Shown: positions 25,971 to 39,069 of the stretch, piece by piece
Numbering within the stretch: position 1 is the first letter of the stretch
How the letters are laid out: every line of letters starts with the position of its first letter
Position numbers and translations under genes: made by a program
Assembly: GCA_964016885.1 (NCBI GenBank)
Contig: OZ024740.1
Coordinates: 214,768,001 to 214,832,000, forward strand
Direction: 5' to 3'
From: Eledone cirrhosa
Taxonomy: Eukaryota
DNA length: 64,000 nt
The notes under the pieces: generated by a model
Database searches by the model: none
The model's input: only the letters and a program-made list of their open reading frames with translations
What the model was told of the DNA's origin: nothing

Positions 25971-26600
25971 ATAATAATAATGTTCTTATTGTGATGAAAG
26001 GAAGAAATGTCAAAATCTAGGTTCGTCACGATACTAAACACACCCGGTATGTTGTATGTCTTATCAAGTGCCTGTGTGCGTTGGTGATACTTGTATATAT
26101 ATATATGTATATATGTGTGTGTGGGTGTGTGTGTGTGTTTATATATATGTGTGTGTGTGTATTGTTGTTATAACTTATATTATTCTCCAGCAGTCGGTTA
26201 TATTTACTGCCACCATTGGTAGATATTCTACCCTCTCGATATACCCCTGTCGAAGTACCCGTATTTCTACTTTGTATATCCCCTAGTAGGTATTTCCTGA
26301 CAGTTACTGATACGACTATTAAGTTGCTGTCCTAAGTCCTCCAAAGTACATTAAGTGGACAACTAAAGAAAGACTCTCTATGTCACTTTTATCTCTATTT
26401 CTTGCCCAATCTCCCTTTCATTGTCATTTCTGTTTATTTTGCTATATATGTATATATGTACGTATGTTGTGTGTGTATATGTATATATGTACGTATAATA
26501 TGTGTATATTTTTGTGTGTACGTATGTATGTGTATATGTATATATGTATGTGTGTATTTATGTAGGTATGTTTGTACGTACGTAAGTGTATATATATATA

Positions 26601-26991
26601 TATAAACGTTAGAATATGTGTAATAAGGCCAAGACAATGCAGGTATGGACATAGAAAAAAGAATGCAATAGTGAAAGATATTGATGTGAATTCGTCTTTC
26701 ACCTTGAATTTATTTAAATGTCCTTAATTTTCGAGATAATATCTCTTCTTCGGAGGGAAGTAAAGGTCTCAGACCAGCGTCTTTAAATCTCTATTCATTA
26801 GAGATTTAAAGACGCTGGTCTGAGACCTTTACTTCCCTCCGAAGAAGAGATATTATCTCGAAAATTAAGGACATTTAAATAAATTCAAGGTGAAAGACGA
26901 ATTCACATCAATATCTTTCACTATTGCATTCTTTTTTCTATGTCCATACCTGCATTTTCTTGGCCTTATTACACATATTCTAACGTTTATA
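26601..26991. repeat. Near-perfect palindrome, 193-bp arms, 5-nt loop; Penelope-like pLTR family also at 57325-58440
   Basis: Arms 26601-26793 and 26799-26991, one mismatch seen. Confidence 0.95.
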
Positions 26992-27029
26992 CCTCATTAC
27001 ACAATGCTTCAAGTGAACTATAACCTCCT

Positions 27030-27095
<66 letters not shown>

Positions 27096-27097
<2 letters not shown>

Positions 27098-27394
27098 GAT
27101 ATTAACAAATGGAAACTATATTTATAAAACCATATTTATTTCCTTATACATATTTCAAGGATACCAAGTTAAATTATGGTATGCCTTCATCAGACAAAAT
27201 ACAATATATACCAGTTTTATAAATAAACATTGACGTATCCTTTCAAAATGAGACCGTTACTTTTGGAAGCCATCAGGATAGTATTGTATTTTGTCTGATG
27301 AAGGCATACCATAATTTAACTTGGTATCCTTGAAATATCTATAATGAAATAAATATGGTTTTATAAATATAGTTTCCATTTGTTAATATCGTAT
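27096..27394. ncRNA. Inverted repeat carrying two divergently oriented hammerheads (27137-27201 minus; 27287-27351 plus)
   Basis: TATTTTGT-CTGATGA-AGGCATACCA/TGGTATCCTT-GAAA-TATCT-ATA-ATGAAATA on each arm; same family as 25648. Confidence 0.78.
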
Positions 27395-27554
27395 ATCTAC
27401 TCCAAATACTTGTCGAGTGCTTTATATCAGTTATAAAAATATTTATTTGTTGTATCCCAACAATTTAAATAGAACTTTTGCATATATATATATATATATA
27501 TATATGAATGTATATATAGTGTATTTTGCAATACACTGTATGCTTAATTAAAAG

Positions 27555-28567
27555 CGAAGAAATACCAATGAAGATTGGAAGATCACTGATGAAGGACTAA
27601 TTGTATTCATATGTAACCCATGTGCAACCACGCAGCACGCCATTTTTCAAATATTTATATTTTTCCTCTGCTGCGACCTGTCTGTTTCTTTCTTACTGCT
27701 TCCCCTTTCTCTGTATCTCTCACCTTCTTTTTACCCCCTCTGCTGGTCGCTCTCTCTCTCTCGGCTGGCCTCTTTCTCACATTTTCACTCACTCACTCTC
27801 TGCTTCAACCCTTTTTCACTTCCTCCCGTTTGATCTGTGTGAAGTCCTTTTCTCTCTCACATCTCACCCAGTTCGGATGGTCTTTACCTCTCGTCTATGA
27901 TTTCACCGAACTTAAGTTCATAGATATCACGGACTTGTTTCTCCTCTTCCTATATTTCCGTTGCATTACCATCTCCGTTTGTTTACATTCTCGCTCGCTT
28001 CACCCTAATTTACCTGTCCCAATAACTTTTTTTTAGTTATTGCTCGCACCAACCAGAGGTATAGCCAGTCACTTTCTCTCAGCTGGCCTCTTCCTCGCCC
28101 TTTCACTCACCCACTCTCTGCTTCTCCCCCTCTCTCACTTCCTCCCGTTTGACCTGTGTGAAATCCTTTTCTCGCTAACATCTCGCCCACGTCGGATGGT
28201 CTTTACCTCTCGTCTATGATTTCATCGAACTTAAGTTCATAGATATCACGGACTTGTTTCTCCTCTTCCTCTCTTTCCGTTGCATTACCATCTCTGTTTG
28301 TTTACATGACTCGCTCGCTTCACCCTATTCTACGTGTCCCAATCACTTTTTTTAGTTATTGCTCGCACCAACCAGAGGTATAGCCAGTCACTTTCTCTCA
28401 GCTGGCCTCTTCCTCGCCCTTTCACTCACTCACTCTCTGCTCGCACCAACCAGAGGTATATGATCTTTAAAGTGAAGAAATACCAATGAAGGTTGGAAGA
28501 TCACTGATGAAGGACTAATTTTTTTCATATGTAACCCATGTGCAACCACGCAGCACGCCATTTTTCA
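27555..28567 (+). repeat. Element with ~95-bp terminal direct repeats enclosing ~2.2 tandem copies of a 319-bp unit
   Basis: GAAGAAATACCAATGAAG...CACGCCATTTTTCA at 27555 and 28474; GCTGGCCTCT at ~27763, 28082, 28401. Confidence 0.8.
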
Positions 28568-28643
28568 TATATATATATATACATATATATACAAAAGTAT
28601 ATATGTAATATATATACATGTATATATGTAATATGTGTATATA

Positions 28644-28816
<173 letters not shown>

Positions 28817-28905
28817 AAGAGAAAAACTAACACAGATATATACGACCGCTCTGTATAATCAGTTCCTGATTATTACTAGAATTCTATAAGAATCAAACAT
28901 TCATG

Positions 28906-29000
28906 ATTTTCAGCAAACAGGTGGAGTACTTGGCTTTGATAAGTACCAATCAGTACGAAACAGAGCTCTGTCAGCTTTATCTCCCCTTTTTGCTGAAAAT
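28906..29000 (+). ncRNA. Type-I hammerhead ribozyme with U3:A8 core variant and long stem I
   Basis: GGCT-TTGATAA-GTAC(CAATCA)GTAC-GAAA-CAGAGCTCTG-TC-AGCT; outer stem ATTTTCAGCAAA/TTTGCTGAAAAT. Confidence 0.8.
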
Positions 29001-29195
29001 TTCAAGTAAGTGAGACTGTCACTACTCTAAAACAATAGCGTAAGGTCTTCGAAATGCTTTTAATTAAGCATACAGTGTATTGCAAAATACACTATATATA
29101 CATTCATATATATATATAACGAAGGAATTGTGGTAAGGAACCAGATGGACCATAACGCACCAGAGTACTTAATACTTAGGATAGTAGAGTGGTAA

Positions 29196-29306
29196 ATAGG
29201 AAAAAGTATGACCCCGACGGCAGAGCTCAAGCCGTTTCGACGGTTATTTCAGTCCAGAAATAGTCGTCGAAACGGCTTGAGCTCTGCTGTCGGGGTCATA
29301 CTTTTT

Positions 29307-29311
<5 letters not shown>
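29196..29311. repeat. Palindrome, 55-bp arms, 6-nt loop, part of a family also at 44120-44275
   Basis: Arms read directly; 29118-29215 matches 44179-44275 in reverse. Confidence 0.9.
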
Positions 29312-29380
<69 letters not shown>

Positions 29381-30009
29381 ATATATATATAGTGAGAGAG
29401 AGCGGCGTATACATGTGTGTGTCCGTGAACTCAGAATGTAAAGGGATAAAATGCTGTCAACTCATTGTTCTTGTTATCTGGAAATAAAGATGGCGGTAGA
29501 TTGAAATAATCGGTAGAGCAGCAGACATAGATGTCTTACGATGTTTAGTTAGGTTCCATAGCGTGCTGAGTCAAATATTGTCAGCGCCATCTTTGCAGTT
29601 CATCCTTCCGAGATCAATAGAATAAGTACCAGCTATTATTGTTTACCCCTGGTGTCCTGCCATAGATAGCACCTATAATCAAAGAGCTCTCTAGCCGTGA
29701 CCATCCCGGCTTTTGTTTTCAGATACAGTGTAGTTTTGATCACAATATTGAATGTGTATATTTTAAATCGGTAAGGTGTGATTTAAGTGAGATTTGACTG
29801 CTATAACTAGCAGTTCTAGCGACCACGTAGAGATTACATCCCACAAAGACCAAATTTTCTTTTCATCCTTTTTGGGATCAATAAATAAAAGTACCGGTCC
29901 AGTGGCCCTGTGCTCCCTGCGTTTATATACCGTTTCTGACTACCCAAGAAATGGTGATGTGATAGGTCTTCACCCCCCACCCCCACCCACACACACTATT
30001 ATTAAAACA

Positions 30010-30220
30010 CTGGCAGTATCTGCAGAGCGTCGGACAACATGCTTCGCAGCATAGAGTTACGGCCCTTTACGTTCTGAGTTTAAATCCCGCCGAGATTAGC
30101 TTTGTCTTTGATTCTTATGGGGTCGATAAATAGATCACCAGTAATGCACTGGGTTGATTTAATCGACTTTCCCCTCCCTCCCAAAAATTGCTGGCCTTGT
30201 GCCTAAAGTAGAAACCATTA
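30010..30220 (+). mobile_element. SINE, short-tail subfamily
   Basis: A-box, B-box, body and 3' end. Confidence 0.88.
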
Positions 30221-31022
30221 AAACACACATTATACCTCATGCGATGCAACCACTTCGCAGGCCAGAAATATTTACATCGGTAACAACAACAATCTATTAC
30301 TACTCCTGAGTGTTAAGTTGAATGACGATTTTACTTGAGAATATAAAACCCGTAGTAGACAATATATATATATAAAGAATTAAGAAGATGTGCTCGTGTG
30401 CAGAAATGTTATAAAATCGCCTATTAGATAGGATAAAGACCCTTATGAAACGGAAAAAGACGTTGCCATTGGCCGGTGAGCACATCAATTACATTACTTC
30501 TATATTTTCAGCGCTTCAAAGTCCAATATTTCGGATACGGATATTGTTTGTTTATATATGAAAAAGATTTTTTTTATTATTTGGTTGAGTAAAAAGCAAT
30601 AAAGCAAAAAAAAAAAAAAATGAAAATACAAACAACAGAAAAAAAACATAAAAGAATAAAAGATAAAAGAATAAAAGATATAAAAGATATAAAAGTTTGC
30701 AGTGTTGTGTGTAATTTAATCAATAATACGTGGAATTGAGTTATAAAATATCCGGAACACACGGCAGTGTGGAATCGTATTTTAATAGAATCATATACCA
30801 CCTTATATCAGACAGCTATCTTACAGAAACAAGGGAGGTTGTATGTGATTGCTTGACCTGCGAGGAATAGCAACCAAATCACCCTTAAATCACATCCTAT
30901 CATGTTAAAAAGAAAGGAATGACACGATAGATAATGTAGTCTTTGATACACTTTGTAAAACAAAGTCGCTTATATATATATATATATATATATAAGCGAC
31001 TTTGTGTATCAAAGACTACATT

Positions 31023-31090
<68 letters not shown>

Positions 31091-31091
<1 letters not shown>

Positions 31092-31205
31092 CTCTGATGA
31101 TATGGAATCGATTGTGCATTGGATGTCGAATGCTCTACTAACTATATAATATTATAGATGCAGCGAGATCTAGGCAAATTGATGTCTATTGAAACGTACG
31201 TTAGA
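31091..31205 (+). ncRNA. Type-I hammerhead with long stem II; stem I clipped to 3 bp by the adjacent (TA)n
   Basis: TCT-CTGATGA-TATGGAATCGATT...AATTGATGTCTATT-GAAAC-GTAC-GTT-AGA. Confidence 0.7.
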
Positions 31206-31396
31206 ACCGAATAAATCTCTTTTACTGCATCTTTCTGTTCTTTTTGATTCTTTATACACGCTCCGGAGTATAGCTAAACTGGAATATACACCTATTTTCT
31301 GCATTTCGTTGAGCACCACTCTGTTGTAAGCTGACCTTCCCCTACACGGTACATAACACTGTGTCCTGGAAAACCTTAATGCACTCGTGCATAACC

Positions 31397-31437
<41 letters not shown>

Positions 31438-31600
31438 ATGTTGAAAAGGTAACACACCAGAGAGAGATATACAGTGCGTTATCAATAATACAGGGAAAAA
31501 ACCACCAGTGTATGGAATCTATAACCTATGAAAGCAGACTATAGACACGATAATTAAAAATATAAATTAAAGCGTAAATAAATACCTCTATAACTATATA

Positions 31601-31694
31601 ACACACGTACAAATCCAAAGACACTAATCCAAAGATATGTTTCACCAATAATTTGTTGAAAGAAATGGGTTAGCCTCGGTTCATCAGCGTGTGT
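31601..31694 (-). ncRNA. Type-I hammerhead ribozyme
   Basis: Minus strand ACACACG-CTGATGA-ACCGA...TTGGT-GAAA-CATATC...GATTTG-TA-CGTGTGT; 7-bp stem I, GUA site. Confidence 0.82.
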
Positions 31695-31787
31695 AAGGCT
31701 ATACATTTCAGACAACACTAAGAGAATTTTAAAATTGACTGTCCAGCTACACGTGGGAGAGAGAAGTCACAGCGTGTTTAAGGGCAG

Positions 31788-31822
<35 letters not shown>

Positions 31823-32029
31823 CTCATGGCTAGAACGTCTTATTTTAACTTCGCTCGATAAAAAGAACCAGGGTAGGATTTAGACCTTGGTGGTGACGGG
31901 GCACTTCAGGTTTGCAGGGGTCCTGATAAAACGAAAACAATTTTAATTTTTTTAATTTTTGGCAAAGCCGGCCTTAAAATCGCTCGGTATGCAAATGAGA
32001 CCAATCGGCCGATCTACACATTTGAGAAT

Positions 32030-32335
32030 ACTCTGCAGTATTCGTTACGGCTCTCTCCTTTCTGAGTTCAAATCCCGATGAGGTCAACTTTGCCTTTCAT
32101 CCATTTAAGGTTAATAAAAAAAAAAAGGTACCAGTCTCGTACTAGGATCAATTCTTCCTCTATATCTCTTTCTCAATTCCTTTCTCTCACCCCCTATCCT
32201 TCTCGGGAAGAAATCTGCTGTATTCAGATCTGGAGGGGAGATGGGTGCCACCAAATTTTAAAGTGCCCTAGAAACGCTGTATGTCAATATGGCGCCTTTC
32301 CAACTCACCCGTGAGTTACGGGACCATACATACAT
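32030..32335 (+). mobile_element. SINE, long-tail subfamily, 5'-truncated
   Basis: B-box, body and tail ending GAGTTACGGGACCATACATACA. Confidence 0.85.
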
Positions 32336-32512
32336 ATTATGTAGAACTCACAATATGATGTGAACATCTTACAATATGGACAATATAACATAGAGTATTA
32401 CTTGCAATCTATAAAAAATATGATTTCAGTTCCAATAAATTTAAGCCTTTATTATAATTTGTAGCATTCACACTTACAGTGAACTGTAGGAATAAATTAT
32501 AGCAGCTGGATG

Positions 32513-32584
<72 letters not shown>

Positions 32585-32585
32585 T

Positions 32586-33660
32586 ATTTCTTTATTAGCC
32601 ACAGGGGCACAAAAGAAGGGGACAAATACAAAGGGGGAAGTTTACATACAATAAAAACGTGTAAAATGTTATCACAGGTGGAATTTAAAAAGTTAGTCGA
32701 TTTTCGCCAATAGAGGGAGACAGTTTATATGGGTAACACATACCCCCGAAAAAAAATGTGCAACCCTCATCTCCAGGAGTACGAAGAGTTTGTACTCCCT
32801 TCCTCTCCTCCTCCTTTTCCTCAACCTACAGGCTGATATAGAGAGAAGGCCCATTCACTCGGGCCATTCTCGCCACTTTCACCCACCTTTCATAAAACTT
32901 GCTGGGGTACAGCACCTCTCTCTCCATCCTGATTCTTCTTCCAAAGTGGTATTTGAAAAAAAGAATCAGTTGTTGGCCGGAGAGAAAGGTGTCTGACCTC
33001 AGCCCTTTCAACCTTGTCCACCATACAACCTCTTTCGCCATAGCTATCACACAAAGGAAAACCGCCTCTCCTTCGTTTTTGAAGGAAGGTGGCGGTTTGA
33101 TCGTGACAATGGACTCGGTGGTCAACTGGACTGGTCCCACCCGCGACAATAGTCGTTCTACATAGCCCCACAGGTCAGTGACGCCCGGGCAGTGTATGAA
33201 TGCGTGCGCGACGGTTTCTTCATCTTGCACGCACCTCAGACAGATCTTTTTTGCAGGGTCCCTGCCCGGTCGCCCATATCTGTAGAGCTTGTCTCGAACT
33301 GGTAGAGCTCCTCGGTAGCACTGCCAGGCCAGGGATTTTTGGAAGTTGTCCATCGGTCCCGGGCGGAAGGTCCAACCGAACAGACTGGCCAGTTCATCTT
33401 CCTCTACGCCTAGAGTTTCACCGAGCGCGTCGTCGCACTTGCTGCGGACTAACCCTCTATAGAATGACGAAGTGGAGTCTCCACTGATCGCCGGGTCCGC
33501 CTGCCAGAGGGCTGTGAGCGCCTGAGCACATTCGATGTGCCAGTCGCCCATTTTCCTCGGTCTTTGCTTGACCCAGGACTGCAGCTCGGTCAGCGAGACG
33601 AGTCGTGGGAAGGCTCGCCTCACGAACGGGGCCCACACCGGTTGTCCGGTGAGGAATACG
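32586..33660 (-). mobile_element. 5'-truncated Tx1/L1-clade LINE: ORF2 C-terminus (32826-33638) plus 3' UTR, between (GATA)n tracts
   Basis: zf-RVT motif LAWQCYRGALPVRDKL...CLRCVQDEETVAHAFIHCP; AATAAA at the 3' end; second 3'-end stub at 33729-33875. Confidence 0.92.
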
Positions 33661-33687
33661 TAGATAGATGATAGATAGATAGATAGC

Positions 33688-33729
<42 letters not shown>

Positions 33730-33889
33730 TATTTCTTTATTTACCATAAAGGCATAAAAAGAAGGGACAAATACAAAGGGGGAGTTTACATAAAATCGAG
33801 TAAAAAGGGTATAAAATGAAAATAATCGAAAACAACCTCAAAAGAGAGGGGACGTGATGGGGGTTGCACACACCTATAGATAGATAGAG

Positions 33890-33989
<100 letters not shown>

Positions 33990-34627
33990 GGATAGATAGA
34001 TAAACAGATAGATAGATAGATAGAAAATCTGACGGACAGATAGACAGACGGAGAGATGAATAGATAGATGTCTCCAATTTAGAGAGTGATTAAGTGTTGT
34101 CACTTCTTATTGATCAATAGATGTTATTTCCTTGATATGATTGCAATCAGCAATCTATTCCAAACCTTGTGTGTGGCACTTGGAGTTAAGCGAGCAAAGT
34201 GGATGAAAATTACTTAGAGGTAACAGTGAGAACATTACAATGGCAGAGGGAGAGAAAGGGAGAGAAAAGGAAGAAAGGGAATATCGAGAAAGATATAGAT
34301 AGAAAGTATTCAATGCCAGGTTATCAGAATAATTGACAAAGGGGCGTGTTCACTATCAGTTGAAACATCAGGTCAGGGCACCCGCACATCACCGTGAATT
34401 ACTCCAGTCTCTCAACACCACTCCAATACACACTTATACAAATACAAGCACAAACAATATTAGTTAAAATCCTGTAGAGAGCTGTAATCATTTCTAGTTG
34501 ACTCCACCCAACTCTTCGCTTCGATGATTCCGATCCCTGCTCGTTACCAATCCAATTACTGCAATACTCAGATCTCCACAGAAATCTTCTGATATACCAA
34601 AAGCAAAATATAAAAGACTTCTAATAT

Positions 34628-34717
<90 letters not shown>

Positions 34718-34744
34718 ATTCTGATATATATATATATATAGCTC

Positions 34745-34794
<50 letters not shown>

Positions 34795-34826
34795 TATACA
34801 TATATATATAAATCTTATATATATAT

Positions 34827-34895
<69 letters not shown>

Positions 34896-35244
34896 TACAC
34901 ATGTGTGCGTGTGTGTGCGTATACACATATGTATGTGTGTGTGTGTGTGCGTATACACTCACACATGCAAATATGTGTGTGTGTTACCATGGATCGTATA
35001 TCATAGAGTAAATATATATAGAGTCTAGATCAGTCTTGGCCAAGCAGCGGCCCCTTTAGCTTTCTAAATGGCACGCCTAATTTCAAAATTATCTTGAATA
35101 TTTTAGTAGTGCTGCTCGCCATATGATGATCCACATCCTATGCGGCCCACTGCTTGATAAAGGTTACTCGCGCCTCTTATAGATATTCACTGCAGTATAG
35201 TTTCAAATATTGCTTAGTGTAGAAACAGTAGAGCGACAGATTTT

Positions 35245-35571
35245 AAATCCTATTTGCGGCGGTTCTGTCTGGCTTTTCACCTAGAAAGCTTCCCTCTAAA
35301 GCACAAGCCTGGGCAAGGTTTGTTTGGTGGAAGACCAGAAGTCGCCCATACATATCAGTCTCCCCTCTCCATGCCACAGATGTTGTCTGGGGGAAAGACA
35401 ATGGCTGATACAGCTTGGCACAAGTTACGTCACAACTCATTTCTACAAGCGGAGTAACCTGGAGTAACGTAAAATAAAGTGTCTTGCTCAAGGATACAAC
35501 GCATCACCCAGTCTGAGAATCGAGCTCACAACCCCTTAATTGCAAACCCAACGCTCTAACCATTTAGCCAT
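35245..35571 (-). mobile_element. Second tRNA-derived SINE family (CORE-like body); fragments at ~12090-12250 and 36255-36345
   Basis: Minus strand TGGCTAAATGGTTAGAGCG...TCGATTC...TCCTTGAGCAAGACACTTTATTT. Confidence 0.8.
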
Positions 35572-36179
35572 GGAAATTAACACCTGCCTGTAATATATTG
35601 GGCTCGATTCAATCATGTATTTTCTTTCCTTATTTTATTCAAGAAATCAATGTTGCTTCAAATACAAAATCAATTTTTATTCTCAACATATTGTTGTTAA
35701 TATTGTTATAGTGGATTGGCAGTACCGGTAGAGGGTCAGACGCCATGCTTTGCAACATAGAGTTTATGAGAATACGTTAGTTTGTTATGGTGCGCCTTAA
35801 GCCCATTAATCTGTTTGCATCCCTATACTCTCTTTTACACTTTTAAGCGCTCCAACCGAGAGCTGAAGCCATGCTGGTGCCATTGTGGGGGGTAACCCTA
35901 TAATCAAAAGTGTTCCAGCTTGTCTCTCCTATCGTTGTTTTGACATATTGCATCTAGGACAATATTGCTGTCAGCATCCTTGGCCATTTTCCCAGCCTCA
36001 GATACTGCTGGGAGTAAAAAAGAGATGAAACCACGACTCATAGATTGCAGCAGTACGAAGCAGTACATTTATCAAAGATCTCATTCGAATGCTTTCTACA
36101 CAACGGTGTGGAGGAGGTAGTGGAGTTATATATATATCATACGATAACGTCTACCATCTCAAAATAAGTACAGCCCTAC

Positions 36180-36234
36180 CAGGGTTAAATTTAGACCTTG
36201 GGGTTCGGGGCCCTAAGGTCTAAATCCAACCCTG
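36180..36234. mobile_element. 55-bp hairpin MITE (hAT-like CAGGG termini); related end at 31869
   Basis: CAGGGTTAAATTTAGACCTT / AAGGTCTAAATCCAACCCTG. Confidence 0.6.
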
Positions 36235-36886
36235 GTTTTTATTACTGAATGGCCCGGAGTAACGTAAAATAAAGTGTCTTGTTCGAACACAACACACCTT
36301 ACAATGATTAGCTGAACACCATAACTACTAAGTCACCCGCCTTCATTGTCAGAAATCAATATATTGCAATTACAATAATGATAATCATGCTGTTAATTAG
36401 TAAGAAATAGTGCACTGACTGTTAATTGTTCAAGCATAAATTAATCAGTTGTAAATCACATGAAATATTCCAATTCTGTCATCTATTAATGTTGTAGACT
36501 CAGAACAAACTAAAAATCCTCATTGAATATTTCCATTAAAAAGTATTTCATCTCCTTTTTTTCTCCTCTTATTTCCATATTTCTTCCTTGATGAAATCAC
36601 TTTTACAACTTCGAAGGCAGATGTTTTATTTTTTTTTATTTTTTTTTTTAAAGACTAATTTCCAAATTTCCTGCATTATCAACGCAAATATAATTAATTC
36701 TGCATAAGAATATAGATATTTAGTCTTGCATTAGACTTGCTCGAGATGAATTTTGAGGCTAAAGTCATAAAAAAGAACATGCGGGCTTGGCAACATAAAT
36801 ATATGAATGTTGATATAAATTGTACTCAAAATGACTGGAGAGCGTGTAAATAGGAGTATACTGAAGCCAACAGTGACAAAGCTGCA

Positions 36887-36964
<78 letters not shown>

Positions 36965-37002
36965 CTATAATATATATATATATAAAATATATATATATTA
37001 TA

Positions 37003-37074
<72 letters not shown>

Positions 37075-37309
37075 ATATATATATGTATATATATATATTT
37101 CACCCTTAGCGGGATCTTCTGAAACTCAGAAGATCACGTTAAGGGTGAAAGCAGCGATTCTTTGCTTAAACTTTAATCTGTTATTTTAATAAATATTTGC
37201 TCTACGGTTCTTATATATTTGATATATATTTATCCTTATCGAGCCCTCTTTGGATTTTAGTCTTCAAATTTATTATTATTACTATATATATATATATATA
37301 TATATATAA

Positions 37310-39065
37310 CCACCCGACCTTCACAAGACCCCGGGAGGTAAGTAAACCTTCCCTCTTTCTTTTAGATTGCCAACAAGGCCATATTAAGAGTAAGAAGTTT
37401 AAATGTTCGTGGCCTGGGGTCACCCTGGAAGCAGGATCACCTGCTCAACGACCTCAGGTCTCTGGAAATGGATTTTTTCGACGACTATCAGATCTTCGCA
37501 TCTGTTAGCAGGCCGGGAATGGGAGGTGGGGTAGCAGTACTGTTTAGGAAAGGCCTGGATCTCGAGGTAAGGTCGATCTTCCGGGACGCGGACAGTAAAT
37601 TGGTGGTCCTGGATTTGAGCAATAGCGAAGGTGGTGCCATTAGACTGCTGGCCGTCTATGCCCCTACTGGGACCGGACGACCGGACTCCTTTAGGCACCT
37701 GGAAGCCTTTCTGGGTAGGTATCGCCCTTTACTGTTAGTGGGGGACTGGAACGGCATCTTAGACGCACGCTGGGATTGTATGGAAGTAGCTGATAGGAGC
37801 GGGGGTGGGGGGCAAAAGCCTCAAACACCTAATCAGCCAGTTCCAACTGTCTGACAGGTACCGACTATATTTCCCTAATGCACCAGTATGAACCTGGACC
37901 AAGCGTATAGGGTCATCTAGATCGTATATAGACAAGATCTTCATTAGGAAAATAGATAGAAATAGTGTAGGCTGCCCACTTTTTAAAATGGTCGCCTATT
38001 CAGATCACAAATTTGTTATCTGTTTAGTCGACCTAGATAAAACGCGTAGGTTGGGACTGGGTTACTGGAAGCTGAACATGTCATTTCCGGCATGTAAGGC
38101 TTACAGGGACCGGGTCAACCATTTGGTTAAGAAAAAAGTTGACAGGGGGAGTCGTCAACAATAGATGGTGGGGGGCTCTCAAGAGAGAGATTAGAGAGTA
38201 ATTTCCATAGGGTTTAGCAAAGAAGTAGCGTTAAAGAAAAATAGAAAATAGGTAGATAAGTTAGACGAGGCTACTTGTAGTGGCATTGCAACGGATGTGC
38301 TAGCAGCGAGAATGGCATCAGTCAATTTCTTCAATGCGAAACACGAAGGTTGCATTGTTAGAGCTAAGGCGCGTGCGCTGAGAAACGAGGGAACCAAAGC
38401 TATTCGATGGGCCCGCGTGGCGGAGGCGCAGCGTGGTAATAAAACCACAATTCGGTCTTTGGCGGACCGAGACGGACACGAGATAAGCGATTCCAAGCGG
38501 ATGTGAGGCCTTTCGCCACCACTTTGCTCGGTTGTTCAGGGAGAGTGGCGAGTCAGAGAGAGTAGCGGATTTCAGTCCCTACTTTGACGGCTTGCCGCGC
38601 ATCTCGACGGTTGACGCTGAGCGCTGCGAAAGGCCGATTACTTCAGCCGAAATTCAGGATGCCCTTGTCGGCTTCATGAGGCGCAAGTCACCCGGTTTGG
38701 ATGGCCTGCCGTACGACCTTTACGAAAATATGCCAGACTTGTTCTCCGATTTCCTCGAAGCGTTCTACTGCAACTGGCAGCAGAATGGGAGTATTCTATT
38801 CCCAGTTCTGTGAGCAGAGAGAATGGCGACGCTGATAAGGAAAGACGAGAACAAGAGGGATACATTAGACAACTTCAGGTCCATAACTCTGCTCAACACA
38901 GAGTTTAAGATTTTGGCCAAGGTGTTAACAAAGAGATTGGCGCTTGTCGTCGAGGAATTAGTTGGGGAGGCGCAAACTTGCACAATCCCAGCCAGGTCCA
39001 TACATGACAACCTCCACCTCATGCGATACATGATACAGAGGGTAGAGTGTAAACCTGGCTTAGGG
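37310..39065 (+). pseudogene. Tx1/L1-clade LINE ORF2 pseudogene: AP endonuclease and N-terminal RT, several frameshifts and stops
   Basis: LNVRGL, GGGVAVLF, LLAVYAP, LVGDWN, YSDH, KSPGLDGLP, NFRSITLLNTEFKILAKVL, RSIHDNL. Confidence 0.95.
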
Positions 39066-39069
39066 GGGG

